Part shown: positions 19,125 to 29,661 of the stretch, in pieces
Layout: each line of letters starts with the position of its first letter
How positions within the stretch are numbered: position 1 is the first letter of the stretch
Assembly: GCA_963675755.2 (NCBI GenBank)
Contig: CAXXMD010000003.1
Coordinates: forward strand, 1,952,001-2,016,000
Direction: 5' to 3'
DNA length: 64,000 bases
DNA from: a bacterium
Lineage (GTDB): Bacteria > Zhuqueibacterota > Zhuqueibacteria > Residuimicrobiales > Krinioviventaceae
Program-made: the position numbers and the translations under genes
Notes under the pieces: generated by a model
Seen by the model: only the letters and a program-made list of their open reading frames with translations
Told to the model about the DNA's origin: nothing
Database searches by the model: none

Positions 19125-20099
19125 TTAGGGTTCAGATCTGGGTACAGTGTGGATAAGCGAGTCTTGAGACAAATAGGTGTTGGGGAAAATTTGTTTTGCT
19201 TCTTCCAGCATCATCTCTTCTGCCTCAACGCTATTGCGAATACTCAAGTGCCATAGAAACAACGATTTTGCCTTTGCTTCCCTGGCAATTTCAGCCGCTT
19301 GTACCGATGTAGTGTGAAACGTTTTGTGTGCGCGTTCTGTGAGTTCGCTGGAAAAAGTACTGTCATGGATGAGCACATCTGAATTCTCTGCCAGGATAGT
19401 TGTATTGCTGCAGGGCCGGGTGTCGGTACAGTAGGCAATTACTCGTCCGGGACGAGTGGGCCCCATTAATTCATCCGGATGTATGGCAGTACCATTGACA
19501 GTAACGGAATTCCCCTGCTGCAATTCCGCACGCAGGGGGCCGGCTCCTATACCTAATTGTTCTGCCTTTTCTGCGTCGAAACGACCGGGTTTGGGGGCTT
19601 CCTCAAACCGATAACCGTAGCACAGGGTCCGGTGCTCAAGTGGCAGAGCCGTGACTGTTAATGGCCCTACTTTGAGAGCGGGTTGGTTTTCTTGCTGTAA
19701 TTCAATAAATGTTAACGGATACGTGATCTCGAATCCGGAAATTTTACTTATGCAATCAAAGTATTCTTGTATTCCTTTGGGGCCAATGATGGTGATGGGG
19801 TTTGACCGGTCCATCATTTGTTGAGAGGTTAGAAATCCCGGCAGCCCGAAAAGATGATCGCCATGCAGATGAGAAAATAGGATGGTGTGAATTTTTGAAG
19901 GCGACAATCCCACTCTGGCAAGTGTCATTTGCGTGCCTTCACCCATATCGCAAAGGATGGTTCCGCCGTCATGGTGAATGGCTATTGATGGCAGTCCCCG
20001 TCGTGCGGACGGAACCGCCGCGCCGGTACCCAGAAATTGTATTTCAAGCGTATCGTTCATGGATTGCGCGACAGTGTCATTGATTTTTTTTACGGCCAA
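19125..20099 (-). CDS. rnz: Ribonuclease Z
   Basis: FLGTGAAVP, DMGEGTQ, SHLHGDHLFG, GP-rich exosite arm, TDT, HDSTF. Likely start is ATG at 20060. Confidence 0.95.
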   Translation of the reverse strand: MAVKKINDTVAQSMNDTLEIQFLGTGAAVPSARRGLPSIAIHHDGGTILCDMGEGTQMTLARVGLSPSKIHTILFSHLHGDHLFGLPGFLTSQQMMDRSNPITIIGPKGIQEYFDCISKISGFEITYPLTFIELQQENQPALKVGPLTVTALPLEHRTLCYGYRFEEAPKPGRFDAEKAEQLGIGAGPLRAELQQGNSVTVNGTAIHPDELMGPTRPGRVIAYCTDTRPCSNTTILAENSDVLIHDSTFSSELTERAHKTFHTTSVQAAEIAREAKAKSLFLWHLSIRNSVEAEEMMLEEAKQIFPNTYLSQDSLIHTVPRSEP

Positions 20100-20712
20100 A
20101 ACGGTTTTCCGTGCCGTTCAACAAACGTTTAATATTTGAACGGTGTGTGAAAATGATCAAGGCAGAGACAAAAAATCCAAATCCATACAAGGGGGCTGTA
20201 ATGGGTTGATGTAAGACAAATTTGAAAATGGATAAAACCACAGGCAATGTTACAGCCGCTGAAATTGAGCTGAGTGAAACAATTTTTGAAAAAACAAAAA
20301 CCAGTGCAAACACAGCCAGGCAGATTAACAATGCAACCGGATATAGAGCAATCAGCATACCTGCTGCAGTACCAACCCCTTTACCACCGCGGAATTTTGC
20401 AAAGATCGTCCAGATATGTCCGAAAATAGCAGCACAGCCGGTAATGATCAATACCAGGTCATGACTGACAGGCATGGGCGCAAAAGCAATGCGGGAAAGC
20501 CAGAACGTAGCAGCAAATCCTTTAAATATGTCAACAAGCATAACAAAAACACCAGGTTTCCATCCCAGCACCCGAAACACATTTGTTGCTCCGGCATTTC
20601 CGCTGCCGTGTTCCCGAATGTCTATTCCTTTTAACAATTTGCCGGTGATGATACTTGTGGGGATTGAGCCTACCAGGTAAGCAAGGACAATGATAACGAG
20701 TAAATTCAGCAT
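20077..20712 (-). CDS. plsY: Glycerol-3-phosphate acyltransferase
   Basis: YLVGSIP, GSGNAGATN, DIFKG, GH...FRGGKGV, HRSNIKRL. Confidence 0.97.
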   Translation of the reverse strand: MLNLLVIIVLAYLVGSIPTSIITGKLLKGIDIREHGSGNAGATNVFRVLGWKPGVFVMLVDIFKGFAATFWLSRIAFAPMPVSHDLVLIITGCAAIFGHIWTIFAKFRGGKGVGTAAGMLIALYPVALLICLAVFALVFVFSKIVSLSSISAAVTLPVVLSIFKFVLHQPITAPLYGFGFFVSALIIFTHRSNIKRLLNGTENRFGRKKNQ

Positions 20713-20736
20713 ATAATGTTTCCCGGGTTGGTAGTG

Positions 20737-22143
20737 TTAAAATTTAACAGTCAGGGAGCCGAATTCCAGCGCTCCCTGTGATGAGTTTTTGTAAAGAATG
20801 GGTTTTACCTGGAACTTGTCTAAAAATTTTGCTGCCAGATTTTCAATAGTTTCGTCTACATTTTGGTTTTCTGTAAGAATTAAAACCGTACCGCCGCAGC
20901 TTTCACTTGTAAGCCTTGCGCCGTAAAAGCCGTTTGCCGGTCCCATTTCTTTTATTAAAGAGATAACATAATCTGTTTTTTCAGAGCCCAGGTCATATAA
21001 ATTGCGAAAACTGTCATGAGATTCGAATAACAGATCTCCTGCATCCATTAACGCCTCTTTTGTATGTCCCGAGTTTATGGAATCGAATGCTTTAATGAAT
21101 TGCAGTACCCGATCATTTTCATAAATTGGAAAAGCCGTGTGTTCTCTGACCGGGTAAAGTGTATCCGGATCGATTAGCTCAGCCATGTCTTGATGGCTAT
21201 CATAGGTTTCCATAAAATCTTTACCGCTAATCTGTTCAGGAACAATTTGCTTAAAGGTTTCTTCCCATTCGGATGGCGTTATATTGCACAGATATCCCTT
21301 GTAGGGATTGGGCTTTTGCTGTTTTTCGAGATGTGAAAAGATAATCTCTTGCCCTATAAATGCTGAAACTCGGGATTTCAAAAGCAAAAGGTCACAGGCT
21401 TCCTGTCTGTATTTTGTATCAATCGATAAAAACTGGACTGAATGGGGCAGAGTAATCATTTTAAGCAGTTCCAATGGCTGACAGCGCATTGCAAGCAGTT
21501 TGTCTTTTTTTCCCATAACCGGGCTTGCGGTTTCCATAATACTGCCGGCATTCATTCCATTGACCTTGGCAAGAGTAGCAATTTGAAACGCGTCTAAAGA
21601 TAGATTAAAAGCACTTTTAATTGCCTGTAAAACAGCAGTTTTCATTGCGCCGTTTGAACCAATTCCACCATTTTGCGGGATGTTGCTTTTGATGCAAATG
21701 GTGATTCCGTTTTGGAATTTTTGCGGTGTATTGTTTGAAAGCATAACAGGCAGCATTTCAAGCACCTGACTGGCCCAGGGGAGTTTGATTTGGGATTGGA
21801 TCTCTTTTGAAATAACGTCAGGGGATTTTAATTGCCCATTTGAATAGAATTTATCCAATTGGTATTCTATAATGTGCTGACCTGCTTTGGATTCAAAGTC
21901 GTTGTATTTGAGCAATATCCGTAAATCAAGGCGCTTTTGGACACCTGCTATAACAGCCTGTTCAAGCGTACCGCCAACAGCTACTGAGCCGGCATAATCA
22001 AATGTTCCGCCCATAATATCCTGGCTTGCGGGAGCACGTGAGATATGGATCTCCCGTCCGGGAACAAACATGCCCCCGAACCACAACCGAATATTTTTTT
22101 TATATTCCTGTATATCTATTGGTAAATGCATAGTCTTGTTCAA
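20737..22143 (-). CDS. GHMP-kinase-like protein resembling the L-arabinokinase/galactokinase domain, with degenerate motifs
   Basis: SRAPASQDIMGGTFDYAGS, SNIPQNGGIGSNGA, FPIYENDRV, ESHDSF...LGSEKTD, YGARLTSESCGGTV. Confidence 0.75.
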   Translation of the reverse strand: MNKTMHLPIDIQEYKKNIRLWFGGMFVPGREIHISRAPASQDIMGGTFDYAGSVAVGGTLEQAVIAGVQKRLDLRILLKYNDFESKAGQHIIEYQLDKFYSNGQLKSPDVISKEIQSQIKLPWASQVLEMLPVMLSNNTPQKFQNGITICIKSNIPQNGGIGSNGAMKTAVLQAIKSAFNLSLDAFQIATLAKVNGMNAGSIMETASPVMGKKDKLLAMRCQPLELLKMITLPHSVQFLSIDTKYRQEACDLLLLKSRVSAFIGQEIIFSHLEKQQKPNPYKGYLCNITPSEWEETFKQIVPEQISGKDFMETYDSHQDMAELIDPDTLYPVREHTAFPIYENDRVLQFIKAFDSINSGHTKEALMDAGDLLFESHDSFRNLYDLGSEKTDYVISLIKEMGPANGFYGARLTSESCGGTVLILTENQNVDETIENLAAKFLDKFQVKPILYKNSSQGALEFGSLTVKF

Positions 22144-22341
22144 TAATAGTGATACATTTATTAAAAGGTAATATATTATTTATCAAAATGCAAGCGTATG
22201 AATTAAAATAGGAAAAAGGTATACTTGATTTAGAAAATTATATTGTTAAATTATTTATTATTTTGAATACTATTTGACTTATTTTCATCTTATTAAAAGA
22301 ACGAAAATGAATTCAAATGGAAGATTGGAGGATACCAAACC

Positions 22342-23262
22342 ATGGAAAATGTAATTATTATTGGCTCCGGCCCTGCCGGATTAACTTCAGCTATATATGC
22401 AGCACGCGCCAACCTGAAACCCGTTGTTCTGGCCGGTATGGAACGTGGTGGACAAATCACTTTGACTGATGATCTGGAAAACTTTCCCGGGTTTCCCGAA
22501 GGTGTAAGCGGTTTTGAAATGTACCAGTTGTTGGAAAAACAGGCAACCCGATTTGGTGCCGAACTGGTATATGATGTAGTGACAGAAGTGGACTTGAGCG
22601 GTGATGTGAAAATAGTAAAAACCGCAGACAAGGAATATCAGGCAAAAACCGTAGTCATTGCAACCGGTTCTACTCCTAAAAAACTGGATGTTCCGGGTGA
22701 AAAAGAATTGATTGGCAAGGGTGTATCTTATTGTGCAACTTGTGATGGATTTTTCTTTAGCGGCAAACATGTTGCGGTTATTGGTGGTGGAAACAGTGCG
22801 CTGGATGAAGGTCTGTTTTTGACCCGTTACGCAAGCAAAGTGTCTATCATTCACCGTCGTGATAAATTGCGTGCAGACGCAATTTTGCAGGAACGTGCAA
22901 AAAAGAATGATAAAGTTGAATTTGTATGGGATTCTGTTGTAGAAGAGGTTGTTGGCGATGATGCAGTGAAATCCCTTAAATTGAAAAACGTAAAAACCGG
23001 TGATGTTACAGACTTTGATGTGGATGGTGTATTTGTTTTTATTGGTCATTATCCTAATACAGATCTGTTCAAAGATCAAATTGAGCTGGATGACAGTAAT
23101 TATGTTTTAACTGATAGATATACTAAAACCAATGTAAAAGGTGTTTTTGCATGTGGTGATGTTCAGGACCCGGTTTATCGTCAGGCTATTACGTCTGCGG
23201 GAACCGGCTGTCAGTCTGCAATGGAAGCAGAAAAATATGTTGCAGAACACGAAGGTGAATAA
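22342..23262 (+). CDS. trxB: Thioredoxin-disulfide reductase
   Basis: GSGPAG, SYCATCDG, GGGNSA, HRRD, GD...YRQAITSAG. Confidence 0.98.
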   Translation: MENVIIIGSGPAGLTSAIYAARANLKPVVLAGMERGGQITLTDDLENFPGFPEGVSGFEMYQLLEKQATRFGAELVYDVVTEVDLSGDVKIVKTADKEYQAKTVVIATGSTPKKLDVPGEKELIGKGVSYCATCDGFFFSGKHVAVIGGGNSALDEGLFLTRYASKVSIIHRRDKLRADAILQERAKKNDKVEFVWDSVVEEVVGDDAVKSLKLKNVKTGDVTDFDVDGVFVFIGHYPNTDLFKDQIELDDSNYVLTDRYTKTNVKGVFACGDVQDPVYRQAITSAGTGCQSAMEAEKYVAEHEGE

Positions 23263-23274
23263 ACGAGGCAAATA

Positions 23275-23868
23275 ATGGAAAACCAGTCTAAAACAAAATT
23301 CCCTTTGGGTGGAGTGGTGCTGATTGGGCTTGGTCTTTTATTTTTATTAAACAACCTTGATGTTCTAAGCTTTCACGAGTTTGTTTCTGATTACTGGCCA
23401 CTTTTCCTGATTTTTATTGGTATATACATCATTTATACCAGTAACCGCAAACAGGATGGTGGAAAGGCTTATGTTCAGGAAGCAGAAACAATATCAAGTG
23501 AAAACCAGGTCAGGTTAGATAAAACCTTTGGTAATATAAGAACCAGGATAGACAGTAATCCCTTTGAGGGTGGGCAGGTAAAAACGGTTTTTGGTGAGAT
23601 TGATATAGAGGTACCCTTTGTTAAATTGAGCCCGGGCACCCAAAAGTTAGAGATTGCTTCTACTTTTGGTGAGGTCAGAGTACAGCTGGCAAATGACCTG
23701 CCTGTAAAAATTATTGCGACCAACCTTGGCGGTACCATACAGATATATGATCAACACCGTGAAGGTTTGAATGAAAGACTGGTTTATCAATCTGATTCAT
23801 ATGAAACAGCCAGCAGTCGGCTCGATATTATATGCTCAGTTACTTTTGGTGAAATCCGGATCTGGTAA
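23275..23868 (+). CDS. LiaF-like cell-envelope stress protein
   Basis: N-terminal TM pair with YWPLFLI; C-terminal beta-helix repeats (TFG, VFGEI, TFGEV, LGGTI). Confidence 0.8.
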   Translation: MENQSKTKFPLGGVVLIGLGLLFLLNNLDVLSFHEFVSDYWPLFLIFIGIYIIYTSNRKQDGGKAYVQEAETISSENQVRLDKTFGNIRTRIDSNPFEGGQVKTVFGEIDIEVPFVKLSPGTQKLEIASTFGEVRVQLANDLPVKIIATNLGGTIQIYDQHREGLNERLVYQSDSYETASSRLDIICSVTFGEIRIW

Positions 23869-23882
23869 ATAAAGGGTGTAAT

Positions 23883-23915
23883 AAAAGCGGGACTAGAGCT
23901 TCTAGTCCCGCTTTT
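23883..23915. terminator. Bidirectional Rho-independent terminator
   Basis: Perfect inverted repeat aaaagcgggactaga-gct-tctagtcccgctttt. Confidence 0.88.
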
Positions 23916-23916
23916 T

Positions 23917-24840
23917 GTGTATATGAACTATCGTTATAATAAATTTTCAAAATACTTGCGCGATCGTTACGGTGAAAAAGTGTGGAAACTTTCATTGGAT
24001 GCAGGTTTTACCTGCCCGAACAAGGATCCTGAAACCGGTAGCGGCGGATGCATTTTTTGCAGGAATGACAGCTTTTCACAAATGTTGTCTGAACAGCAGG
24101 TCTGTGTGAATGAGCAGATTCGGCAGGGGATTGAGTTGGGTGACAAGGTTGGCATTCACAAGTATATTGTATATTTTCAATCCTCAACAAATACTTTTGC
24201 ACCGGTATCTGAACTGGAAAAATTGTTTTTTGATGCAATCTCTTTTCCCGGTGTTGTTGGAATATCTATTGCAACCCGACCGGATTGTTTGTCAAAAGGT
24301 GTTTTGAATCTGTTTGGAAAATTGGCTGAAAAAGTGGATGTTTGGATTGAACTGGGTTTGCAAAGCAGCTTTAACAAGACGTTAAAAGCAATTAACCGGG
24401 GACATACTTTTGAAGATTATTTAAAAGCTGTAAACAAACTCAAACCTCTTAATGTCAGAATATGCACACATATTATGGTTGGCTTGCCGGATGAAGGACT
24501 GGAGCATAGCATTATTACAGCGGAACGAATTGCGCAGACCGGGACCCACGATATTAAAATTCATCCGCTGTTAATTCTAAAAGACACAGAATTAGAATCC
24601 TTGTATTTAGACGGCAAGATTTTGCCTTTGGATATTGATACCTATGCGCTTCATGTCAGCGAGATGCTGCAACACCTGCCGCCGGATATGGTGATTCAAC
24701 GTCTTACTGCAGAAGCACCAAGAGAGATTGTCCTGGCACCACGATGGGTTATAAACAAAACAAATGTAATAAATACTATTCATTATGAGATGAAGAAACA
24801 GGGGATGAAGCAAGGGGAAAAGTACGAACTGCAATTTTAA
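23917..24840 (+). CDS. TIGR01212 (YhcC/YtqA) family radical SAM protein
   Basis: LDAGFTCPN...GGCIFC, YFQSSTNT, ATRPDC, ELGLQS, INRGH. Confidence 0.92.
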   Translation: MYMNYRYNKFSKYLRDRYGEKVWKLSLDAGFTCPNKDPETGSGGCIFCRNDSFSQMLSEQQVCVNEQIRQGIELGDKVGIHKYIVYFQSSTNTFAPVSELEKLFFDAISFPGVVGISIATRPDCLSKGVLNLFGKLAEKVDVWIELGLQSSFNKTLKAINRGHTFEDYLKAVNKLKPLNVRICTHIMVGLPDEGLEHSIITAERIAQTGTHDIKIHPLLILKDTELESLYLDGKILPLDIDTYALHVSEMLQHLPPDMVIQRLTAEAPREIVLAPRWVINKTNVINTIHYEMKKQGMKQGEKYELQF

Positions 24841-26333
24841 TTCATGGACTCTTCATACTTTTGTGCAAATTTTACTACACCATCACTAATAGATTTGGCA
24901 AGCTTTTGCCGGTAAGAGTGTGTTTTGAGTTTTTCTAAATCATAGCGGTTTGTGATATAAGCAGTCTCGATGAGTACACAGGGCATGGAAGCATTATATA
25001 ACACCTGAAATCCTGCCTGTCTTACACCATGGCTATAGGATTCACAAGTAGAACGTATTTCATTATCTATGATTTGTGCAAATTCTTCGCTTTCTTTGGC
25101 ATAAGAATTCTGAGCGTTTGCAGCCAGAATAAATGAGGCAGAAGTCAGATCCACATAATCGTTTGGATTGTCTTCAAGCTTGATTACCGAGTTTTCAAAT
25201 TGTGCAACGCGACGTGCTTCATCGGTTTTGGCAATACCCAGAAAATAGACGGTATGTCCGTGAATACGAGAACTAGGATTTGAATCCACATGTATACTCA
25301 GGAACAGTTTACCATTATTTTTATTAGCAAATTCTGTACGGTCTTTTAAACGCGGATATGTATCATTTTCACGCGTCATCAATATTTTAGAATCCAGTTG
25401 TTTTTCCAGGTCATCTTTAACCATTTTGGCAATAGCCAGCGTTATATTTTTTTCATACAGGTTTGTTTTACTGACGGTTCCCGGGTCTCTACCACCGTGA
25501 CCAGGATCGATCACAATAGTATCAATTTTCCATTTTTCACGTTCTTTTTCCAGATCAGCCAGCAGGTCTTGAGAGAGATCCTGTTTGGTGCGAAGAGTAA
25601 TGGTGATCTCGTTATTGGGGTCAATGTAAACATTTTTTTCTTTGATTCTGGGTAATACTCTAAAAGAGAGTCTGGCGGTTTCTTCTGATAATTGTATGGG
25701 GATTATTTTTTTGATGTTTTTCAGGTCCGGATCAATTTTGAATGTGCGGAAGGTATCAACTCTGCCGCCATACAAATCAACATAAAACCAGCCGTTACTT
25801 TCACTGGTAAAGATTTTGTTTTCGTCAAAAGGGCGCAGCGTTTTGATCTTGATCAATGCGCCGTTTGCCATTTCTTCAATATCAATGTTTAAAATATGAT
25901 CAGTGGCAGGCGCAATCAAGAGGGCGCTGTCTTTTTGGTTAAATGACAATTCACCCGGGAAATAATTTTTAAGCAATTGTGTAAAGTATTGCAGTGGGAC
26001 GTAAAACTCGCCATTTCTGTACAAGGTGCTAATGGGCATCTGGAACATGGCATTGTCAATTTTAACAAAAGGGCTAATAGCTGTTATTTCTGCGGTAGCA
26101 TCTGGTAAATACAGAATAACGCGTTTAGCTTTGAGGTCTTTGCGGGTTTTCAGATCAAAGGCTTTGGCAAAATGAGTAATGGAGACAAAACTGTATCGTC
26201 CCGCTTTAAAAGATTCAAGCGAGCCGACGGGTTTGCCTTCCCATTTGTCAATGATAGATACCCGCTCTGCAAAGACAGATGCGGTCAATATTAATATAAA
26301 TATTATGATAATGGATTTATTCGATATGGTCAC
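24837..26333 (-). CDS. N-acetylmuramoyl-L-alanine amidase (Amidase_3)
   Basis: Signal peptide; IDPGHGGRDPG, EKNITL, FLSIHVD, VLIETAY. Confidence 0.95.
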   Translation of the reverse strand: MTISNKSIIIIFILILTASVFAERVSIIDKWEGKPVGSLESFKAGRYSFVSITHFAKAFDLKTRKDLKAKRVILYLPDATAEITAISPFVKIDNAMFQMPISTLYRNGEFYVPLQYFTQLLKNYFPGELSFNQKDSALLIAPATDHILNIDIEEMANGALIKIKTLRPFDENKIFTSESNGWFYVDLYGGRVDTFRTFKIDPDLKNIKKIIPIQLSEETARLSFRVLPRIKEKNVYIDPNNEITITLRTKQDLSQDLLADLEKEREKWKIDTIVIDPGHGGRDPGTVSKTNLYEKNITLAIAKMVKDDLEKQLDSKILMTRENDTYPRLKDRTEFANKNNGKLFLSIHVDSNPSSRIHGHTVYFLGIAKTDEARRVAQFENSVIKLEDNPNDYVDLTSASFILAANAQNSYAKESEEFAQIIDNEIRSTCESYSHGVRQAGFQVLYNASMPCVLIETAYITNRYDLEKLKTHSYRQKLAKSISDGVVKFAQKYEESMN

Positions 26334-26349
26334 CGGCCATCCTGCTATA

Positions 26350-27201
26350 TTACCAGATTTTCTCTTCCTTGGATAAAAACTCGCTGGCTTTTTTTAGATT
26401 CTTTTTTTCTTCATCGCTCAGACTGTCGTATCCTACTTCATTGATCCTGTCGAGAATGCGGTCAACTTCATCGCGCTTTTCCCGAATGTCTTGCTGTCTT
26501 TTTTGTTCTGCCATAAATTGCTTTTGATGCTGATGTGTTCGGTATTTTCGAATCACAATTCCCAGCAGATTATCTCCTCTTAGCATTAAATAGCCAACCA
26601 GGGCTCCACCCAAATGGGCAAAATGCGCAATACTGTCGGATTTGCCAAAAATACCAACAATACCAGAAAACAAAGAAATACCAACAAAAAATGCTACAAG
26701 ATGCTTTGCTTTTAGACTAACCGGTAAAATAAAAAAGAGCAATAACGTAACAATGCGGTCCGGGAAATATACTGCAAATGCTACCAGTACGCCATAAATT
26801 GCACCTGATGCACCAATAACCGGTGTTGGCGAGTTCCAGTTGAACAGTATATGAAACAAGCCCGCACCAATTCCGGATAAAAGGTAATATCGTAAAAAAT
26901 TTCTGGATCCCTGCCAGCGTTCAACTTCGCAGCCAAATATCCACAGGGTAAACATGTTGAAGAAAATATGAAAAAAACTGGCTTCGCTATGCAAAAACTG
27001 ATAAGTAGCCAATTGCCAAAATTTAAAGTGATGGGTTATTTCATACGGCTGCAAAGAAAACCAGCTTGTAAGCGGAGAACCCATACGCAATGTGATCAAT
27101 TGTATAAAATATACTATAACATTTGATATCAACAGCCATTTGACAACCGGTGTTAATCCGCCGCCAAAGCCGAAACGTATTTTTTGTGTTTGAAAATTCA
27201 T
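26350..27201 (-). CDS. Rhomboid intramembrane serine protease with C-terminal helical extension
   Basis: WQLATYQFLH, HIFFNM, GASG, AHFAHLGG; C-terminal EVDRILDRINEVGYDSLS. Confidence 0.95.
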   Translation of the reverse strand: MNFQTQKIRFGFGGGLTPVVKWLLISNVIVYFIQLITLRMGSPLTSWFSLQPYEITHHFKFWQLATYQFLHSEASFFHIFFNMFTLWIFGCEVERWQGSRNFLRYYLLSGIGAGLFHILFNWNSPTPVIGASGAIYGVLVAFAVYFPDRIVTLLLFFILPVSLKAKHLVAFFVGISLFSGIVGIFGKSDSIAHFAHLGGALVGYLMLRGDNLLGIVIRKYRTHQHQKQFMAEQKRQQDIREKRDEVDRILDRINEVGYDSLSDEEKKNLKKASEFLSKEEKIW

Positions 27202-27202
27202 A

Positions 27203-27835
27203 CTAGTTTAAATTTAAATTTACTCCTAATCTAAAGCCGAGTCCGGACAGATCAACTCGTTCAGTAACCGGAAGGCCAATATTACTATTTTCTATGCTGC
27301 GGCTGACTTCGCAACTGTTGTAAAACAGATCGGCAATAAGTGTGGATCGACTGCCAACATTGTAATAAAATCCGGCTGCTGCCTGCCATCCCAGACCACC
27401 GAATTTGTGAGTTTGGGATTTATCTAGCTCGTAATTTTTCTCTTTGCTGAACAGGAATTCATAGTTCAGACTTCCGCGAATAAAATATCCATAATACATC
27501 GAAGTGGGGATTTTAACATTCACCATGAGTTTTAATGGAACCATGGTCCTTGAATAATCCACTTCAGTAGCATAAGTGTTGGACGTTAAACCTTCTTTTT
27601 CTTCCTGGGCTACCTGGCTGTTTTCAGAGTAGGTTTTGTGAAATACATCTACTCCAATTCCAAGATCAACCGCTTCGTCTATGGCTGTGCCCAATACAAA
27701 ACCGAAAAACATGCCACCTTTTATGTCCGCAGGATTAACATATCCGGCATTTATATTGAAAACATTTCCACCTTGCGCAAATGCCATCGATGAAATTATA
27801 ATTAATAATACTAATGTATGGCGAAATGGTTTCAT
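27203..27835 (-). CDS. Outer-membrane beta-barrel protein
   Basis: Signal peptide (AFA-Q), alternating amphipathic strands, C-terminal GFRLGVNLNLN. Confidence 0.7.
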   Translation of the reverse strand: MKPFRHTLVLLIIISSMAFAQGGNVFNINAGYVNPADIKGGMFFGFVLGTAIDEAVDLGIGVDVFHKTYSENSQVAQEEKEGLTSNTYATEVDYSRTMVPLKLMVNVKIPTSMYYGYFIRGSLNYEFLFSKEKNYELDKSQTHKFGGLGWQAAAGFYYNVGSRSTLIADLFYNSCEVSRSIENSNIGLPVTERVDLSGLGFRLGVNLNLN

Positions 27836-27941
27836 GAATTATTCTCCTCTAAAAAAAATATATCATCCTATTATAGAAAATGATTGCCATAAAATCAAGA
27901 AAAACATTCTGGCTTGGAGCAGAGAGGGTGTATGTTCTGCT

Positions 27942-29558
27942 CTAGTTGGTGAATTTTCCCCTTTGAATGATGGTATCTTGCAGATATTCCTCGTCGTTGG
28001 TTTTTGTATAGTCGGTAGTATAGTGCAATCCCCGGCTTTCTCTACGCATTAGCGCAGATTGAATAATAAGCTGAGATACGGTTGCCAGATTGCGTAATTC
28101 TACCAGATTTTCGGTAACGGTGGTACGACGATAAAAGTTTTCCACTTCCTGGCGGATTAAACGGATTCGGCTGAGCGCGCGTTCAAGCCTCAGGTTAGAG
28201 CGGACGATACCCACATAGTCCCACATCAGGTTTTTAATTTCTAGTTTGTCATGAGATATTAAAACCCATTCTTCACTGTTGAATGTACCTGCGTCATCCC
28301 AGTGAGGTATGCGGGGGAAGATAAAGTTATTGTTACTTACAAATTCCGTGGCAGATTCACAGGCTTTGAATGCAAATACCAGTGCTTCCAGTAACGAGTT
28401 TGATGCCAATCGGTTTGCACCGTGAACGCCTGTGCATGCTACTTCACCACATGCAAACAGACCTTTGATGTTTGTTTTGGCTTTCAAATCGGTTACTACT
28501 CCGCCGCAGGAATAATGGGCGGCAGGAACCACAGGAATAGGTTCTTTGGTGATGTCTATTTTAAAATTCATGCATTTATCATATATCAGCGGAAACCGTT
28601 TTTTTGTTTCTTCCGGATTTTTGTGGGTTACATCCAGAAAAACTGACGAGTCACCCCGTTTTTTCAATTCGGTATCAATAGCTCGGGCAACTATATCACG
28701 GGGAGCCAGTGAGGCCATTTCGTGATAGTTGGGCATAAAGTCTTCGCCGGCTTTATTAATCAAAATGCCGCCAAATCCGCGAACTGCTTCAGATATGAGA
28801 AAAGAGTCTGCTTCCGGATGGTACAACGTAGTAGGATGGAACTGCATGAATTCCATGTTGGCGATTGGAGCGCCTGCGCGATAACACATGGCTACACCGT
28901 CCCCTGTGGCAATATCCGGATTTGAGGTGTGTCGATAAACCTGACCGCAGCCACCGGAAGAAAGGATAGTAGCTTTGGCTGTAAATTTATGTACTTTTTG
29001 AGTTTTCGAGTTTAACACATAAGCACCCCAGCAGCTAAGCTTGTTTTCTGCCGCGGGCACTGTTTCAAAAATATGATGCTCGGTTATGAGATCAATTGCA
29101 ACATGATCTTCATAAATACTGATATTGGGATTCTCTTTGATTTGGTCAAGTAAAATGGTTTCAACATCACGACCGGTGTGGTCTTTGACATGAACAATGC
29201 GGTGGAACTTGTGTCCGCCTTCACGTCCCAGGTCAAACTTGCCGGTCTGGTTTTTGTCAAAGGGGACACCCAGACGGAACAATTCGTTAATATGGTGCGG
29301 ACCTTCTTCTACAATCAGTTGTACAGCGTCTTTTTTGCAAAGCCCTGCACCTGCGTACATGGTGTCTTTGATGTGTTGATCAAAAGAGTCATCGGGATCG
29401 AAAACAGAAGCAATGCCGCCCTGGGCATAATTGGTGTTTGATTCGGCTTTGTGTTTTTTGGTTACAATGGCTACCGTGCCTTGTTTTGACAGGAGGATAG
29501 CACTGTATAATCCGGCAATACCACTGCCTATTATTAAAAAATCAGATTTTATTGACAT
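27942..29558 (-). CDS. nadB: L-aspartate oxidase
   Basis: GSGIAG, YAQGGIA, REGGH, QFHPT, LISEAVRG, PAAHY, GVHGANRLASNSLLE, RESRGLHY. Confidence 0.97.
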   Translation of the reverse strand: MSIKSDFLIIGSGIAGLYSAILLSKQGTVAIVTKKHKAESNTNYAQGGIASVFDPDDSFDQHIKDTMYAGAGLCKKDAVQLIVEEGPHHINELFRLGVPFDKNQTGKFDLGREGGHKFHRIVHVKDHTGRDVETILLDQIKENPNISIYEDHVAIDLITEHHIFETVPAAENKLSCWGAYVLNSKTQKVHKFTAKATILSSGGCGQVYRHTSNPDIATGDGVAMCYRAGAPIANMEFMQFHPTTLYHPEADSFLISEAVRGFGGILINKAGEDFMPNYHEMASLAPRDIVARAIDTELKKRGDSSVFLDVTHKNPEETKKRFPLIYDKCMNFKIDITKEPIPVVPAAHYSCGGVVTDLKAKTNIKGLFACGEVACTGVHGANRLASNSLLEALVFAFKACESATEFVSNNNFIFPRIPHWDDAGTFNSEEWVLISHDKLEIKNLMWDYVGIVRSNLRLERALSRIRLIRQEVENFYRRTTVTENLVELRNLATVSQLIIQSALMRRESRGLHYTTDYTKTNDEEYLQDTIIQRGKFTN

Positions 29559-29661
29559 CTTGTTTCCAATAATAATAATTCATGCATGCGGTATAACATA
29601 CGTGGAATAATTTTGAAAATCAATAAAAAAAGAGGATCATACAGCCCAGGTTAGAGCGGTA

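Noticed and set aside
22387-23079. 230-aa minus-strand ORF
   Set aside because: Antisense shadow of trxB.
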